64,000 bases of DNA from IMG/VR virus record IMGVR_UViG_3300025387_000016, positions 5,544-69,543 of that record; one strand, given 5' to 3'. The number at the start of each line of letters is the position of its first letter. Position 1 is the stretch's first letter. The notes under the pieces were generated by a model, which saw nothing but the letters and a program-made list of their open reading frames with translations, was not told where the DNA came from and did no database searches. Source of the DNA: a virus. Taxonomy: Duplodnaviria; Caudoviricetes. The position numbers and the translations under genes are program-made. Positions 18,801 to 27,257 of the stretch are shown here, piece by piece.

Positions 18801-19718
18801 CCAATGTGGTGATTGTTTATCAACGCCGTGTCGGTCGAAAAACGCTTTCATACGCTTGAGGGTGTCAAGGGATACAGGGTGGCCATTGGCGAGGTCAGAG
18901 GCGCGTTTACGGCCTACTGACGTGAAGTTGCGACCAGCCTTGCCGTCCGCCATCCACTCAAGGGCTTTCTTGGCCGCTGATTGAACGGCGAGTGGTGGGG
19001 TTTGTGACTCAAAGGCGGCCTTCGCAACGACAACTGCCTCAATCTTTTGGAACGCCGAAATAAGGGCATTGAGGTTCCCCATAAGATTTCCAAACTTGTC
19101 TGCCATACCGAGTGAACCGAATACGCTAGAAAGGGGCATCAACTTTGATTTCAGCACGAGCAGACTTTCGGTAGTCACGCCGCCGTTCCAAAGTTCCGTG
19201 ACCAACTCTGGCTTTGGGAGTCGTGGCCGGAAGTTGCAGAGCGCGTGGTCAATGCCGACAATGCGACCATCTTTAGTCCACATCAAGTTCTTGGGTCGGC
19301 GGTCGGAGTTTGCTGTTAGGTAGTCAAACAAACGAAGGGCGATACCCTGTTCGTTATTGGGGATATCTTCCTTGCCAGCAAGAACGCCGTTGTTTCCCTC
19401 AATAAAAGGCATAATGATACTTTGGGCATCCGAGTTGGTGAAGTAGCAGTCACGGATAGGAGCGTTCATTACTTCGCCCACACGAGCCGCTAGATACTCC
19501 TGTGCGCCGAGCAACTCGCCTCGGTATGTCCTACCACTCTTATTGCCTGTCCAATCCTGTAAACGCTTCTCAACGCCCTTAGAGCCATCAGCAAATGTGA
19601 CGTAGAAGAACCCGTCATTCTGGTTTCCGTGAAAGAGTTTTCCGCCAATAGGTTCTCGGCTAATAATATCCGTGTTCGTAAACGTGACGAAGTTGGGTTG
19701 AAAAACGTTATTGGACAT
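15819..19718 (-). CDS. 1299-aa multidomain tagged head-cargo polyprotein (kinase-like, AWGG domain, ParB-like, zincin)
   Basis: FDYLTANSDRRPKN...IDHA (PI3K/HipA-like); AWYAWGGDAGYAWA; three GHxFHGNQ tags; DGHHYW ParB-like; HEIGH...EAYAEAY zincin. Confidence 0.8.
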   Translation of the reverse strand: MSNNVFQPNFVTFTNTDIISREPIGGKLFHGNQNDGFFYVTFADGSKGVEKRLQDWTGNKSGRTYRGELLGAQEYLAARVGEVMNAPIRDCYFTNSDAQSIIMPFIEGNNGVLAGKEDIPNNEQGIALRLFDYLTANSDRRPKNLMWTKDGRIVGIDHALCNFRPRLPKPELVTELWNGGVTTESLLVLKSKLMPLSSVFGSLGMADKFGNLMGNLNALISAFQKIEAVVVAKAAFESQTPPLAVQSAAKKALEWMADGKAGRNFTSVGRKRASDLANGHPVSLDTLKRMKAFFDRHGVDKQSPHWNEPSPGKVAWYAWGGDAGYAWAKKMVARAEKASEAVAKSFEEDNKSKGHGKVAEAEKLSNQAHAFRRKEQFESAARAHDAAARAFFDASKHYGNDDDGNSLAALGRGQAEKELAQQARFTDQMGEQHSPAEMNDGTWVDDGAWSGGIDPVNKGDLPGHNFHGNQYTTGEGVAQEVAEKVRENGGLSVKLIDGSEPVKGFMVATDSKFGAVVDEKDFFDPAKTEDILNDYLLKHQAELGKENNYLGLWLNDGKVYLDVSENIEDKEAAIKAGQDRDQISIWDVAAQDEVPTGGTGNVGEAQPDSGNQVAKGHRQDGQGRDSHVGSPVGGQTSRRAWNRHLEVLKGDVLGHIFHGNQYDASGVVEQLDNGASPEVKSADLPSLVTGIYDLGTRDKGYNITNLVVDGQKPFKTDNNADLLREHMPQILPSQRPQFLKDIEAKYGITAKQEAVDPRTIKPSQSEIDGWKTGGVFKEFAETGIPEKRAPLVSSDGYIIDGHHYWSAALAIKAANPDYKLPIQRLSCDAKTALHVANEWHDHIGNPRLSLGDTQIKKTGVAGESGDKPGHVFHGNQWENGVGGEQSEARTSGTKQTNDSAPIEDSPSIRLDVKYGKGVLPDGWSMLKKGNNHTVYVSKAGNTAVFRNTARGWKIGDRATNNVLAIVDKWSTGKKIDFDTNRKLSTRTLAAVCMGDPDTIAMGKHSLISRNLMESIAKYNPTRGAADPAQAQTDWNALLATAEMQIKGKSDTPEGRDAVNKIESTLEKADDANIKINQGKIGRSFSIGDMFMSTQRNLEATLIHEIGHGNFFKNGLKITPVLNELLKVSPKVDWVKGQKDAQGKFVRANAKYARVDFGGNLIVSRADLPKFLADTDSGIGELSSKEKDALSQLGMTQYGCWKMQEAYAEAYAQKEMGLRDTPAEKAFADAYGWNNSTESVSKAADMDTEAISPRRGSNTYWSPDGEVGIVQFLYTLDGPVTLVGDDADMPGVELTDPDTE

Positions 19719-20115
19719 AGTTCTTTAGTCCCCCATAGAGCCAAGAGTTCGCCGTACCCTTTGGAGAGCTCGGAGGCTGGATGAAGTTTTGCCCGCTAAC
19801 CAACTTCCAACGATTTGCGAGAGGTTTGGAACAAGTCACACAAGTCCGAGTTTGGTTTCCGGCAGAGAACTGACCAGTTGGCCGCCCTTGATTGTCTCGC
19901 TCAATCCATTGTTCGGGGATAGCGATAGTGTTTTGGTGGCCTGAAGCACAAATAGTCATCAACGTCGCCTTTTGCGGGTCAAAGTGACCTACCCCGCCAA
20001 CGCTGTGCTGATTTCCACGAAAAACGTGACCAGAGAAGTCGCCCTTATAGAACTCTTGATAGACGCCCTCTGGTCCAAGAAGGCTCGCCCTACTAAAGTC
20101 GATTGCTTTCGTCAT
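19708..20115 (-). CDS. Tagged cargo protein with Zn ribbon
   Basis: EFYK-GDFSGHVFRGNQH then CASGH...CVTC. Confidence 0.7.
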   Translation of the reverse strand: MTKAIDFSRASLLGPEGVYQEFYKGDFSGHVFRGNQHSVGGVGHFDPQKATLMTICASGHQNTIAIPEQWIERDNQGRPTGQFSAGNQTRTCVTCSKPLANRWKLVSGQNFIQPPSSPKGTANSWLYGGLKNYVQ

Positions 20116-20127
20116 AATCCTATTATT

Positions 20128-21039
20128 TCACGACTTTTGCGAGTTGGTGTCGGGGGTTGGTGGAGAGGGGGTGTCAAATCCTTGTAGCGATACGTTGTGC
20201 TTCTTATCCCACGCCAAGCCGACATCCATAGCCGTTTTCCAATCGCACGACAATTGATACACCGGCATCGTCGCACTTTTGCCCGCAAACTTCAGCGCAA
20301 CGGCAGCGGCCCAAGTGTGGTGGCCGTCAACAACGTATCCGTCTTTGGAAACGAGGATACGCATACTGTCGGGAATACCATCTGGGTTCTTCCCCATAAT
20401 TCCGCCCGACTTGTCGCCGTTGATTTCCTTTTGGATTGGCTTGAGGGTCGTGGGGTCTACACGCATTGGTTTTACGGTGATTCCGTTTGACTTCTCAATA
20501 TCTTTGAGGAACTGGGGGCGTTCCTTCTCGTCAATTTGTGGCATTTGGCTGCGAGAATAGCCCTTACCATCCAATCCCATAAGGCGAGTTCCGTCAATGC
20601 GAAGATTTGTGATGTCGTTGCCCTTGGTTTTAGTGCGAGCCATTTCAGCAAGAAGGTCGGGCAGGTGCTTGTCCGAGACAACTGGTTGCTCGCCTCGCAT
20701 TAGGGCAAAGTGGATTTCATTCGCCCACGCACGGATTCCCTTTGGCGAGGTATCGGTTGGGTCGCTCTTGATACGAGTGTCGTGGTTTGGAAGAGGCTTC
20801 GGCTCTAACTTATCAGCAACGACAGGCTTGATATCTTGGGTGGTTTGGGGCGAGCCGTATCGGTCGGATGCCACTTGGTTGCGATTCGGGTCGGTTTGAC
20901 GGGCCGGTTGAGCACTAGCCGACGAGTCGGAACCTACCCCTTGTGAGTATTGGTTCCCGTGAAAGGAGTGACCCTCAACATCTCCGACCTTAGCGAGCCT
21001 GACCCACTCAATGATTTGCAAGTCAATTTCAGCAGTCAT
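20128..21039 (-). CDS. Tagged cargo protein with ParB/Srx-like domain
   Basis: IIEWVRLAK-VGDVEGHSFHGNQY; VDPTTLKPIQ...ILVSKDGYVVDGHHTWAA. Start at ATG 21039 (or 21054). Confidence 0.78.
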   Translation of the reverse strand: MTAEIDLQIIEWVRLAKVGDVEGHSFHGNQYSQGVGSDSSASAQPARQTDPNRNQVASDRYGSPQTTQDIKPVVADKLEPKPLPNHDTRIKSDPTDTSPKGIRAWANEIHFALMRGEQPVVSDKHLPDLLAEMARTKTKGNDITNLRIDGTRLMGLDGKGYSRSQMPQIDEKERPQFLKDIEKSNGITVKPMRVDPTTLKPIQKEINGDKSGGIMGKNPDGIPDSMRILVSKDGYVVDGHHTWAAAVALKFAGKSATMPVYQLSCDWKTAMDVGLAWDKKHNVSLQGFDTPSPPTPDTNSQKS

Positions 21040-21077
21040 TGTTGGGCCTTCCAAACTAGGTTCCCAGCAACTTTACC

Positions 21078-21305
21078 CTATCGGATTAGGTTTCCCTGTG
21101 CGTCGTAAGCCCAATCTGGTATTCCGTCTAAGCGGTCTAGGTTCGGCTCGCCTCTAACAATCTTGTCTAGAAGACCGAGACTATCCACCCAACCGTTAGG
21201 GCCGAGAATCTGCGCCTTGTCGCTATCAGCAAAGTCGTAGCGATACCCACCTAGTAGTTGACCATTAGGGGTCCGAACTTCGTAGTAGGTCCAGTTATTT
21301 GCCAT
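21078..21305 (-). CDS. Putative immunity/antitoxin protein for the upstream RelA/SpoT domain
   Basis: 75 aa, no tag, starts 2 nt after the toxin-like gene stop. Function is inferred from position. Confidence 0.5.
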   Translation of the reverse strand: MANNWTYYEVRTPNGQLLGGYRYDFADSDKAQILGPNGWVDSLGLLDKIVRGEPNLDRLDGIPDWAYDAQGNLIR

Positions 21306-21307
21306 AA

Positions 21308-23590
21308 CTATAGTATAGTCTTCTTGACCGAACGGATGCCAACGCCCTCAATGTCCTTGGGAATACGGACTTGTGAGAAACTAGTCATCATTGTTTTCCG
21401 CCCCTCTTCGTATTCAGGGCTACCCTTGCCGGCCTTACGCACGTTGTTGTAAATCTTGTGCATCGCTTCAGCAGTATCCAAACTCTGTTGAGTGTGGAAC
21501 TGAATCTCAACGACCATACCCGTCTTGGGGTCTACGAAGTTTCCGTTGATGCCTCGGTATCCGTTTTCGGGGTCGTTATTAAAGTAGTTCTTTACATACT
21601 CGTTGCCTAAGCGGTCCTTGAGTGGGCTAAATCCTTGCGCACGAAGACTATTCAGCATTTCTAAAGCACCGTTAGTAATTCTCTTTTCCGGCCACGTCAC
21701 GGTGTAGCGAAGCAAGTCGTGGATATGGCTTGCCGTTGCCGTGAGTTGCTCGTGGGTAAGGTCTTTGGTCTTGTTGTAGTCAATAGAGTCTTTGAGAGTC
21801 TTCTCGGTCGCACTCTTGAGTGACTTTATGGCGAAGCGGGCTCGAGTTCGGGTTCCGCCCGATTCCTTTGCTGATTTGGAAATCTCCGCAGACACTCGCT
21901 TGGCCTCCTTGTTGGATGCCACAACGAATGGTCGAGTTGCTTCCATAGCCGCACGAACAAGTGCGGGTGGCAACTTCATTTCGTCGGAGAGTTTGGAAAC
22001 AATCATTTCTGATTCTGCTTGTGAGCCGAAAGGTGGTGTTTCTTCATCCGCACCAGCAGCGGCCTGATACTGATTGCCGTGGAACTCGTGTCCGAGTTTG
22101 TCGCCCTTTTGCACCGTTTCGTCTTCAGGGTTATCGTCGCCGTCTCCGGGAACACGAATGGCTTGGCTTAGGTCAATCGGTACGTTATTCGCAGCGTCAT
22201 CCGCACCCTCTGGGCCGAAGTTAGAGCCGGAGATTTTGGTGGCGTAGTTGTCGGGCATCACCATCGCACCACGGTTGAGAATCATCAAGTAGTTGTGGCT
22301 TTGGTCACGGAGGCCATCGTAACCAGCGAGTGCGGGGGTAAGGCTCTTACAGCCATTGTTCCCCTGAAAACACTCACTACTAATACGGTTCACCTCTTCA
22401 TCGGTGTAACCGGCTTCTTTCATAATCTCACCCATTTTGTAGTCAGGGTGGTCCATAGCATCGTATTTCCTGTGGTCACGAGCATCCGCCGTAATGATGT
22501 CCAACTTCAGCATAGGGCCTTCGCCCTTTGCCTCATAGATATTGGATGGGTCCGTCATCTTCACTCGGAAGATACAGGAGTTTAGGTCCCTAGAGCCACT
22601 TTGGGTCGCATACGTTGATGGCGTTCCCTTATCCGTTGAAGAGTAGAACGCCGCACCAAACATAGGGCCGCCGTAACGTGGGAATCCACCACTAGCGAGC
22701 GTTGCCAACTTCTGCTGAAGTGTCTGTGTCGACCTATATGAGTTGGTAAGACCAGAGTAAGTGACCTTACCCGGCTCAGCACGGAACTCCGCTTCGCTAA
22801 CAAAACGTGGCTTTCCCGTAAAACCGCACATCTTGAGTAGGGCTGCGTTGGCGCGAACATTGCTGTTTACCTTTACGGCATTTGCCTGTGCGAGAGCCTT
22901 GCGGAAATCATCTGGGTTCGTCAAGATGTTGGTGAGGTTTTTTACGAAGAGGGGTTGGCGTTCCTTTGGAACGTAGATTCTTTTGGCAAGTGCGAGGGCA
23001 GATGCCGCAGCCTTTTCTTCGAGCTCGCCCTCGGGCTTCCACTCTTTCGCATCAGCAATACGTTGGGCAAGCGGCTTTTCTCCTTCGGTGGCGTATGTTT
23101 TTTCCGCAACCTCGGTTCGGGGCTCGCTTTCCTTTTCCTCTGCGACAGTTGGCGCTTCTACCTTTGGTTCTTCTTTAGGTGTAGGCGTAGACGTAGGCGT
23201 AGGAGTGGGTGCTGGCGTGGGCGTTTGAGCCGTAGCCGGGGCGGGTGTAGGCGTTGGCACTACTTTTGGCGTTCGTGGCGCGCGAGGGGCTTTAGGGGCC
23301 GCAGGTGCTGATGGCGTAGTCGCTGGCTTGGCCGTAGCGGCACGGGTCTTGCCGGGTTTGGAAACAACCGGAATAGGCGTAGAGGGGCTAGGATATAGTC
23401 GTTTTAGTTCAGCATCTAGAGCAGGACCCTTTAGGGGCTTGTTCGTTGCTGGGTCACGGGGTCGTGGAACAGGAACGCCCCACGGACCCATAACCGTCCA
23501 TTGGTTGCCACGAAACTCGTGACCATCTTTATCACCAGATTGACCAGCAACGCCAACTTTTAGAACTGTAAGGATACTCCGAAAGTCCAC
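21308..23590 (-). CDS. Tagged cargo protein: ART-like domain + C-terminal RelA/SpoT (small alarmone synthetase-like) domain
   Basis: Two tags. Middle: TYSGLT...GAAFYSS...TYA...GYDGL...YLMILN (ART-PolyVal-like). C-terminus: R..IKS..S...K, HDLLRYT, KNYF...YRGIN...EIQFHT. Confidence 0.8.
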   Translation of the reverse strand: MDFRSILTVLKVGVAGQSGDKDGHEFRGNQWTVMGPWGVPVPRPRDPATNKPLKGPALDAELKRLYPSPSTPIPVVSKPGKTRAATAKPATTPSAPAAPKAPRAPRTPKVVPTPTPAPATAQTPTPAPTPTPTSTPTPKEEPKVEAPTVAEEKESEPRTEVAEKTYATEGEKPLAQRIADAKEWKPEGELEEKAAASALALAKRIYVPKERQPLFVKNLTNILTNPDDFRKALAQANAVKVNSNVRANAALLKMCGFTGKPRFVSEAEFRAEPGKVTYSGLTNSYRSTQTLQQKLATLASGGFPRYGGPMFGAAFYSSTDKGTPSTYATQSGSRDLNSCIFRVKMTDPSNIYEAKGEGPMLKLDIITADARDHRKYDAMDHPDYKMGEIMKEAGYTDEEVNRISSECFQGNNGCKSLTPALAGYDGLRDQSHNYLMILNRGAMVMPDNYATKISGSNFGPEGADDAANNVPIDLSQAIRVPGDGDDNPEDETVQKGDKLGHEFHGNQYQAAAGADEETPPFGSQAESEMIVSKLSDEMKLPPALVRAAMEATRPFVVASNKEAKRVSAEISKSAKESGGTRTRARFAIKSLKSATEKTLKDSIDYNKTKDLTHEQLTATASHIHDLLRYTVTWPEKRITNGALEMLNSLRAQGFSPLKDRLGNEYVKNYFNNDPENGYRGINGNFVDPKTGMVVEIQFHTQQSLDTAEAMHKIYNNVRKAGKGSPEYEEGRKTMMTSFSQVRIPKDIEGVGIRSVKKTIL

Positions 23591-23616
23591 GATAGAACCT
23601 TAGAACACTAAGGCTC

Positions 23617-25335
23617 TTATAGACCTACGATTTTGGTAGCGGCATCCTTAGCGGACTCTGACTGCTTGTAGGCAGCAATAATCTTGTTCGCAAAGTCTTC
23701 GGCTAGTGGAATCTTGTTGTCGGCAATATCGCGCGCTTGCTTGCGATATGACATAGCCTCACTATTTTCCGAAGCGTCGGCCTGTGGGAACTTGCCCTCG
23801 AACTTCTGGTGCGTGAAGAAAACACCACGTCCGGCTTGGACCGCGTTGGCGAGTTCGTCAACTGCTTTCTGTGCCTTTTGTGCTGCGGTTTCGAGGTCGC
23901 CCTTAGCAACGGCGGCCTTAGCATCAGCAGTTGCTTTGTCGGAGTTCTTCAAGTGAGCGTCAAACGAAGCCTTGTATTCACGAATAACGTCATTGAAACC
24001 ACGTTGCATACCAACCCTAGGCATATTTATCAGTGGACCACTCGTGCGTGGGTTCCACTTCGGGTCACGAACCTGTGGGACCTGCTTCGGGTCAATTGGA
24101 ATCTTGCGAGCCTCGTTCTGCTCATTCTTCACGCCACCGCCACCAGTACCCGAAGTGTATTGGTTTCCGTGGAACTCGTGGCCATCTACGTCACCCTTAG
24201 CCAAAATGTATTCTTGGTAAGCGACCGACTTCTCAAAGTCACGGGTAAGAAGTGAGTCGGTGCTGAAAGCACTCATAGCAATAGGCATTTGGTCGCCACT
24301 GTCCACAACGTCGCCCAAGTGGTCGCCCAAATCGCTTTGGTTGATTGCACCATTATCACAGCCATCACAGCCACCGCCCATACAGGAAGGACACATAATC
24401 AGCATCACTGCCTTACTTACTTTCCAGTCATCGGGCAGAGTGTCTACGGCATCGAGGTCCTTGGCACGGTCAATAATGTGAGCCTTGGCCGCATCGTAAT
24501 CCTTGGCACGGCCAACCGACTGAACGGCGTTGGAGATGTCACCCTTGGTTTCGATAGGGAAAGAACCATCGGGCAGAGCGTGACCCTTAGCGGCGAGCTC
24601 GTCACGCTTCTCGTCGGAGAAAGCGCGCTTGCCTACGAAATCAGCAGCCGACTTGAACGTTTCCTTGTTGTTGGCGTGGGCACGAGCGATGATGCTCTTC
24701 GCACGGAGGCGACCGGCTTCGGCGGCGTGAGCCGAGTGAGCCGAGATGTCGCCAGCCTGACGAGCCATACCCGAGAGGCGCTCGTGAGTGTCGGCAAGGG
24801 TCGAAAGGGCATCAGCAGCGGCCTTGGGGTCGGTTCCAGCCATAGCGTCGGCTGCGCCCTCTTCGTTAGCGGTGACTGCGTAAATCTTGGGGTTAGTGAC
24901 CATAGCCTTCTCGTATTCGTACTCGTCCTCGGATGAGTCATCGCCCGAGTAGTCATCATCTGATGAATCGTCGTCATTATCCATCTTTGCCTTCTTGCGA
25001 AGACCCGAGAGAACGGATTTAGCCCTAGCGAGCTCCTCGGATGCAACCTGTGAAGCGATTTCAGCATCACGGAACCCGGCGAGAGCGTTGTTGTAGGAAG
25101 CCTTGAGAACGTCGAGGTTCCAAGCCGACTTCTCGATGGCAGCGAAGTAAGCAACCTTTGAGGCTTCTAGGCTTTCGGTAGCCTTGCGAAGAACAAAGTT
25201 GGCGGTGCTAGCAGCCGACATCGCAACGACCTCGGCACTAGCGGCCTTGGCAATCTGCTTGCTAGCAATTTCGGCATCAAAAGCCTTTTGTCCACGGGGA
25301 ACGTAGGTCGGCTTGACGTTTTGGTTTTCAATCAT
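23617..25335 (-). CDS. Tagged cargo protein with DUF6582-like domain and mini Zn finger
   Basis: RDELAAKGHALPDGSFPI...DISNAVQSVGRAK....HII.RA..L....LPDDW; CPSCMGGGCDGC; ILAK-GDVDGHEFHGNQY. Confidence 0.72.
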   Translation of the reverse strand: MIENQNVKPTYVPRGQKAFDAEIASKQIAKAASAEVVAMSAASTANFVLRKATESLEASKVAYFAAIEKSAWNLDVLKASYNNALAGFRDAEIASQVASEELARAKSVLSGLRKKAKMDNDDDSSDDDYSGDDSSEDEYEYEKAMVTNPKIYAVTANEEGAADAMAGTDPKAAADALSTLADTHERLSGMARQAGDISAHSAHAAEAGRLRAKSIIARAHANNKETFKSAADFVGKRAFSDEKRDELAAKGHALPDGSFPIETKGDISNAVQSVGRAKDYDAAKAHIIDRAKDLDAVDTLPDDWKVSKAVMLIMCPSCMGGGCDGCDNGAINQSDLGDHLGDVVDSGDQMPIAMSAFSTDSLLTRDFEKSVAYQEYILAKGDVDGHEFHGNQYTSGTGGGGVKNEQNEARKIPIDPKQVPQVRDPKWNPRTSGPLINMPRVGMQRGFNDVIREYKASFDAHLKNSDKATADAKAAVAKGDLETAAQKAQKAVDELANAVQAGRGVFFTHQKFEGKFPQADASENSEAMSYRKQARDIADNKIPLAEDFANKIIAAYKQSESAKDAATKIVGL

Positions 25336-25404
25336 AGAAAGAAGTTCCTTTCGCTCTGCTGAAAGGCTACACTGCGATTTGGAAAATCCGTTTGCTTACC
25401 CGCA

Positions 25405-25611
25405 CTAGAGGACCTCGGTGTCCATATTCGATGAGTCATCTTCGGGGTAGATGTAGTTATCTGGCACGGCATCATCTAGCCAACCGAAACTCTGACTATT
25501 TTTGCGTTGCTCATCAAGCGTGACGTATTCGGGCTTTTTCAGCACGTTGCCTACTACTTGTTTGTAAAGCCGAGACTTTAGAAGTTCCTCAATCTCAAAC
25601 GGATTACTCAT
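25405..25611 (-). CDS. Small protein coupled to the upstream cargo gene
   Basis: 68 aa starting MSNPFEIEELLK at ATG 25611, overlapping the upstream stop (ATGAGTAA). Confidence 0.55.
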   Translation of the reverse strand: MSNPFEIEELLKSRLYKQVVGNVLKKPEYVTLDEQRKNSQSFGWLDDAVPDNYIYPEDDSSNMDTEVL

Positions 25612-27211
25612 CTTGGTCAGGCGAGTCACGCAAAAGCATATCGGGGTATACACCGTGTTGGCTCTTGCCATCGGTGGGGGTTTCCGCTTCAGCAGCGGCC
25701 GAGGCGGCGGCGGCCTCGGCACTAGCCTTCATCCACGCATCGTGGTCTTTGTCGGCCTTGCCATCGCTAACTCGACCCTCTTGGTTCCCAACATTGGATT
25801 CGATTGCCTTGTTCGCTGCCATCGCCGCAACCTCGTGGGCGTGAGCGGCGGCCTCGTGCAAAGCAGCAGCCTGACGAAAGGCGTAAGCCCTATAGCCATT
25901 TCCGCCAGAACGCTCGTGCTGTGCGGCAACCGCCATAAGTGCGCGCGCAGCGTCGTGGTGGTCATTGGCAAGGTTCGTGTGCTCTACGTCAGGTAGGTAG
26001 TTTCCGTGACCCCCACCACTCTTTGAGTCTTTGTCGAGATTTGCGGCCTTTTCAGCAAGGTTCGCACCCTCAATGTCCTTACTTGCCAACTTTGACGGGT
26101 CAACATTGACACTTCCGGCGTAGTGCCCCTCTCGTGTTGAGTGAGTAAACGCACCATACCGTCCATTGGAACCGGGAACTGTTGACAATTTCATCTGTGG
26201 GGTCGCTTGGGATTCGCTCTGCTCGGTTTGGATACCGGCCTGTCGGTCGGCATTGACCGCTTCTGGCACTACGGAATCCGAGGCATCAGTCGCCGTGCCA
26301 GAGGCTTCCTTGGCACTCTCGATAGCCCCATCTAACTCATCGGGGTCTTGTGATGGGTTGCCGAGCATATCAGCAACCTTGTTCCAAGCCTCTGATGCGT
26401 TGGCGTGTTCGTCACTAGCGTCGGCGTGGAGGATTTCTGCGTTCAGGTGGGTTTCATCATCGTTCTGTATGCGGATTCCCTCGTTGTAGTGCGCTAATGA
26501 CTGCGCCGAGTGTTCGTCGGCAATCTTCTTTGCGGCACTTGCGGGGCTATTGCGGTCGAACTTGTCAATTTGATTACCATCATAGATTTGACGGGCTTTT
26601 TCGGCAAGGTCTTTCGCGCCCTCCGTGGCACTCGAATACTGATTTCCGTGAAACTCGTGACCGGGGACGTCACCCTTGGCAACGCCGAAGTTCCAAACCT
26701 CAACGCCATCTTCTCCGATTTCAGCAACTCCGGCAACTGCCTTATACATATCGGCAAGCCCGGGAACCTGTCCACGGGATACGGGGTTGTTGATTGTCTC
26801 AACGGGGTAAGTGTCGGATTCGGCAACGGTCGTACCCGTAACGCCAGCGTCGGTAACTGATTCAGCAGGGGTTCCATTGAGGGCGTGAACGAGCTCGAAC
26901 GCTTGTTGTGCCTTGGCTTGTTGTTCCTTGGCCGCTTCGAGGTACTCCGTGCGAGCGAGAGTGTTGTATGAGGAGGCGCGAATGAAGTAGTCGCTTGCCT
27001 CAAGGTGTTGTTGGCCGCACGTCATCAACGCATTGGTAGCACCGGGAATATCACCACTCTGCTCGCACGATACGGCAAGGTTATAAAAGTCCTCTGCCTT
27101 GTTCGCACGGTCCATAGCAAACGTGATTGACTCGTTGTAGAGCGCACCGGGCGAGGTCTTCGTGATAGTGGTAATCCACTCGGTGGCGGCGTTGAGGACA
27201 TTGTCGGTCAT
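25604..27211 (-). CDS. Tagged cargo protein, Ala/His-rich helical bundles
   Basis: GVAK-GDVPGHEFHGNQY; repeated H..AA..H..A helices. Confidence 0.75.
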   Translation of the reverse strand: MTDNVLNAATEWITTITKTSPGALYNESITFAMDRANKAEDFYNLAVSCEQSGDIPGATNALMTCGQQHLEASDYFIRASSYNTLARTEYLEAAKEQQAKAQQAFELVHALNGTPAESVTDAGVTGTTVAESDTYPVETINNPVSRGQVPGLADMYKAVAGVAEIGEDGVEVWNFGVAKGDVPGHEFHGNQYSSATEGAKDLAEKARQIYDGNQIDKFDRNSPASAAKKIADEHSAQSLAHYNEGIRIQNDDETHLNAEILHADASDEHANASEAWNKVADMLGNPSQDPDELDGAIESAKEASGTATDASDSVVPEAVNADRQAGIQTEQSESQATPQMKLSTVPGSNGRYGAFTHSTREGHYAGSVNVDPSKLASKDIEGANLAEKAANLDKDSKSGGGHGNYLPDVEHTNLANDHHDAARALMAVAAQHERSGGNGYRAYAFRQAAALHEAAAHAHEVAAMAANKAIESNVGNQEGRVSDGKADKDHDAWMKASAEAAAASAAAEAETPTDGKSQHGVYPDMLLRDSPDQDE

Positions 27212-27257
27212 AGGAACTCCCTTACGTTCAGTCTAAATAATAGACTGCGATATAGAT

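Noticed and set aside
17190-20700. ParB-like domains as a plasmid-prophage partition system
   Set aside because: No ParA or parS array; both copies are embedded in tagged cargo proteins.
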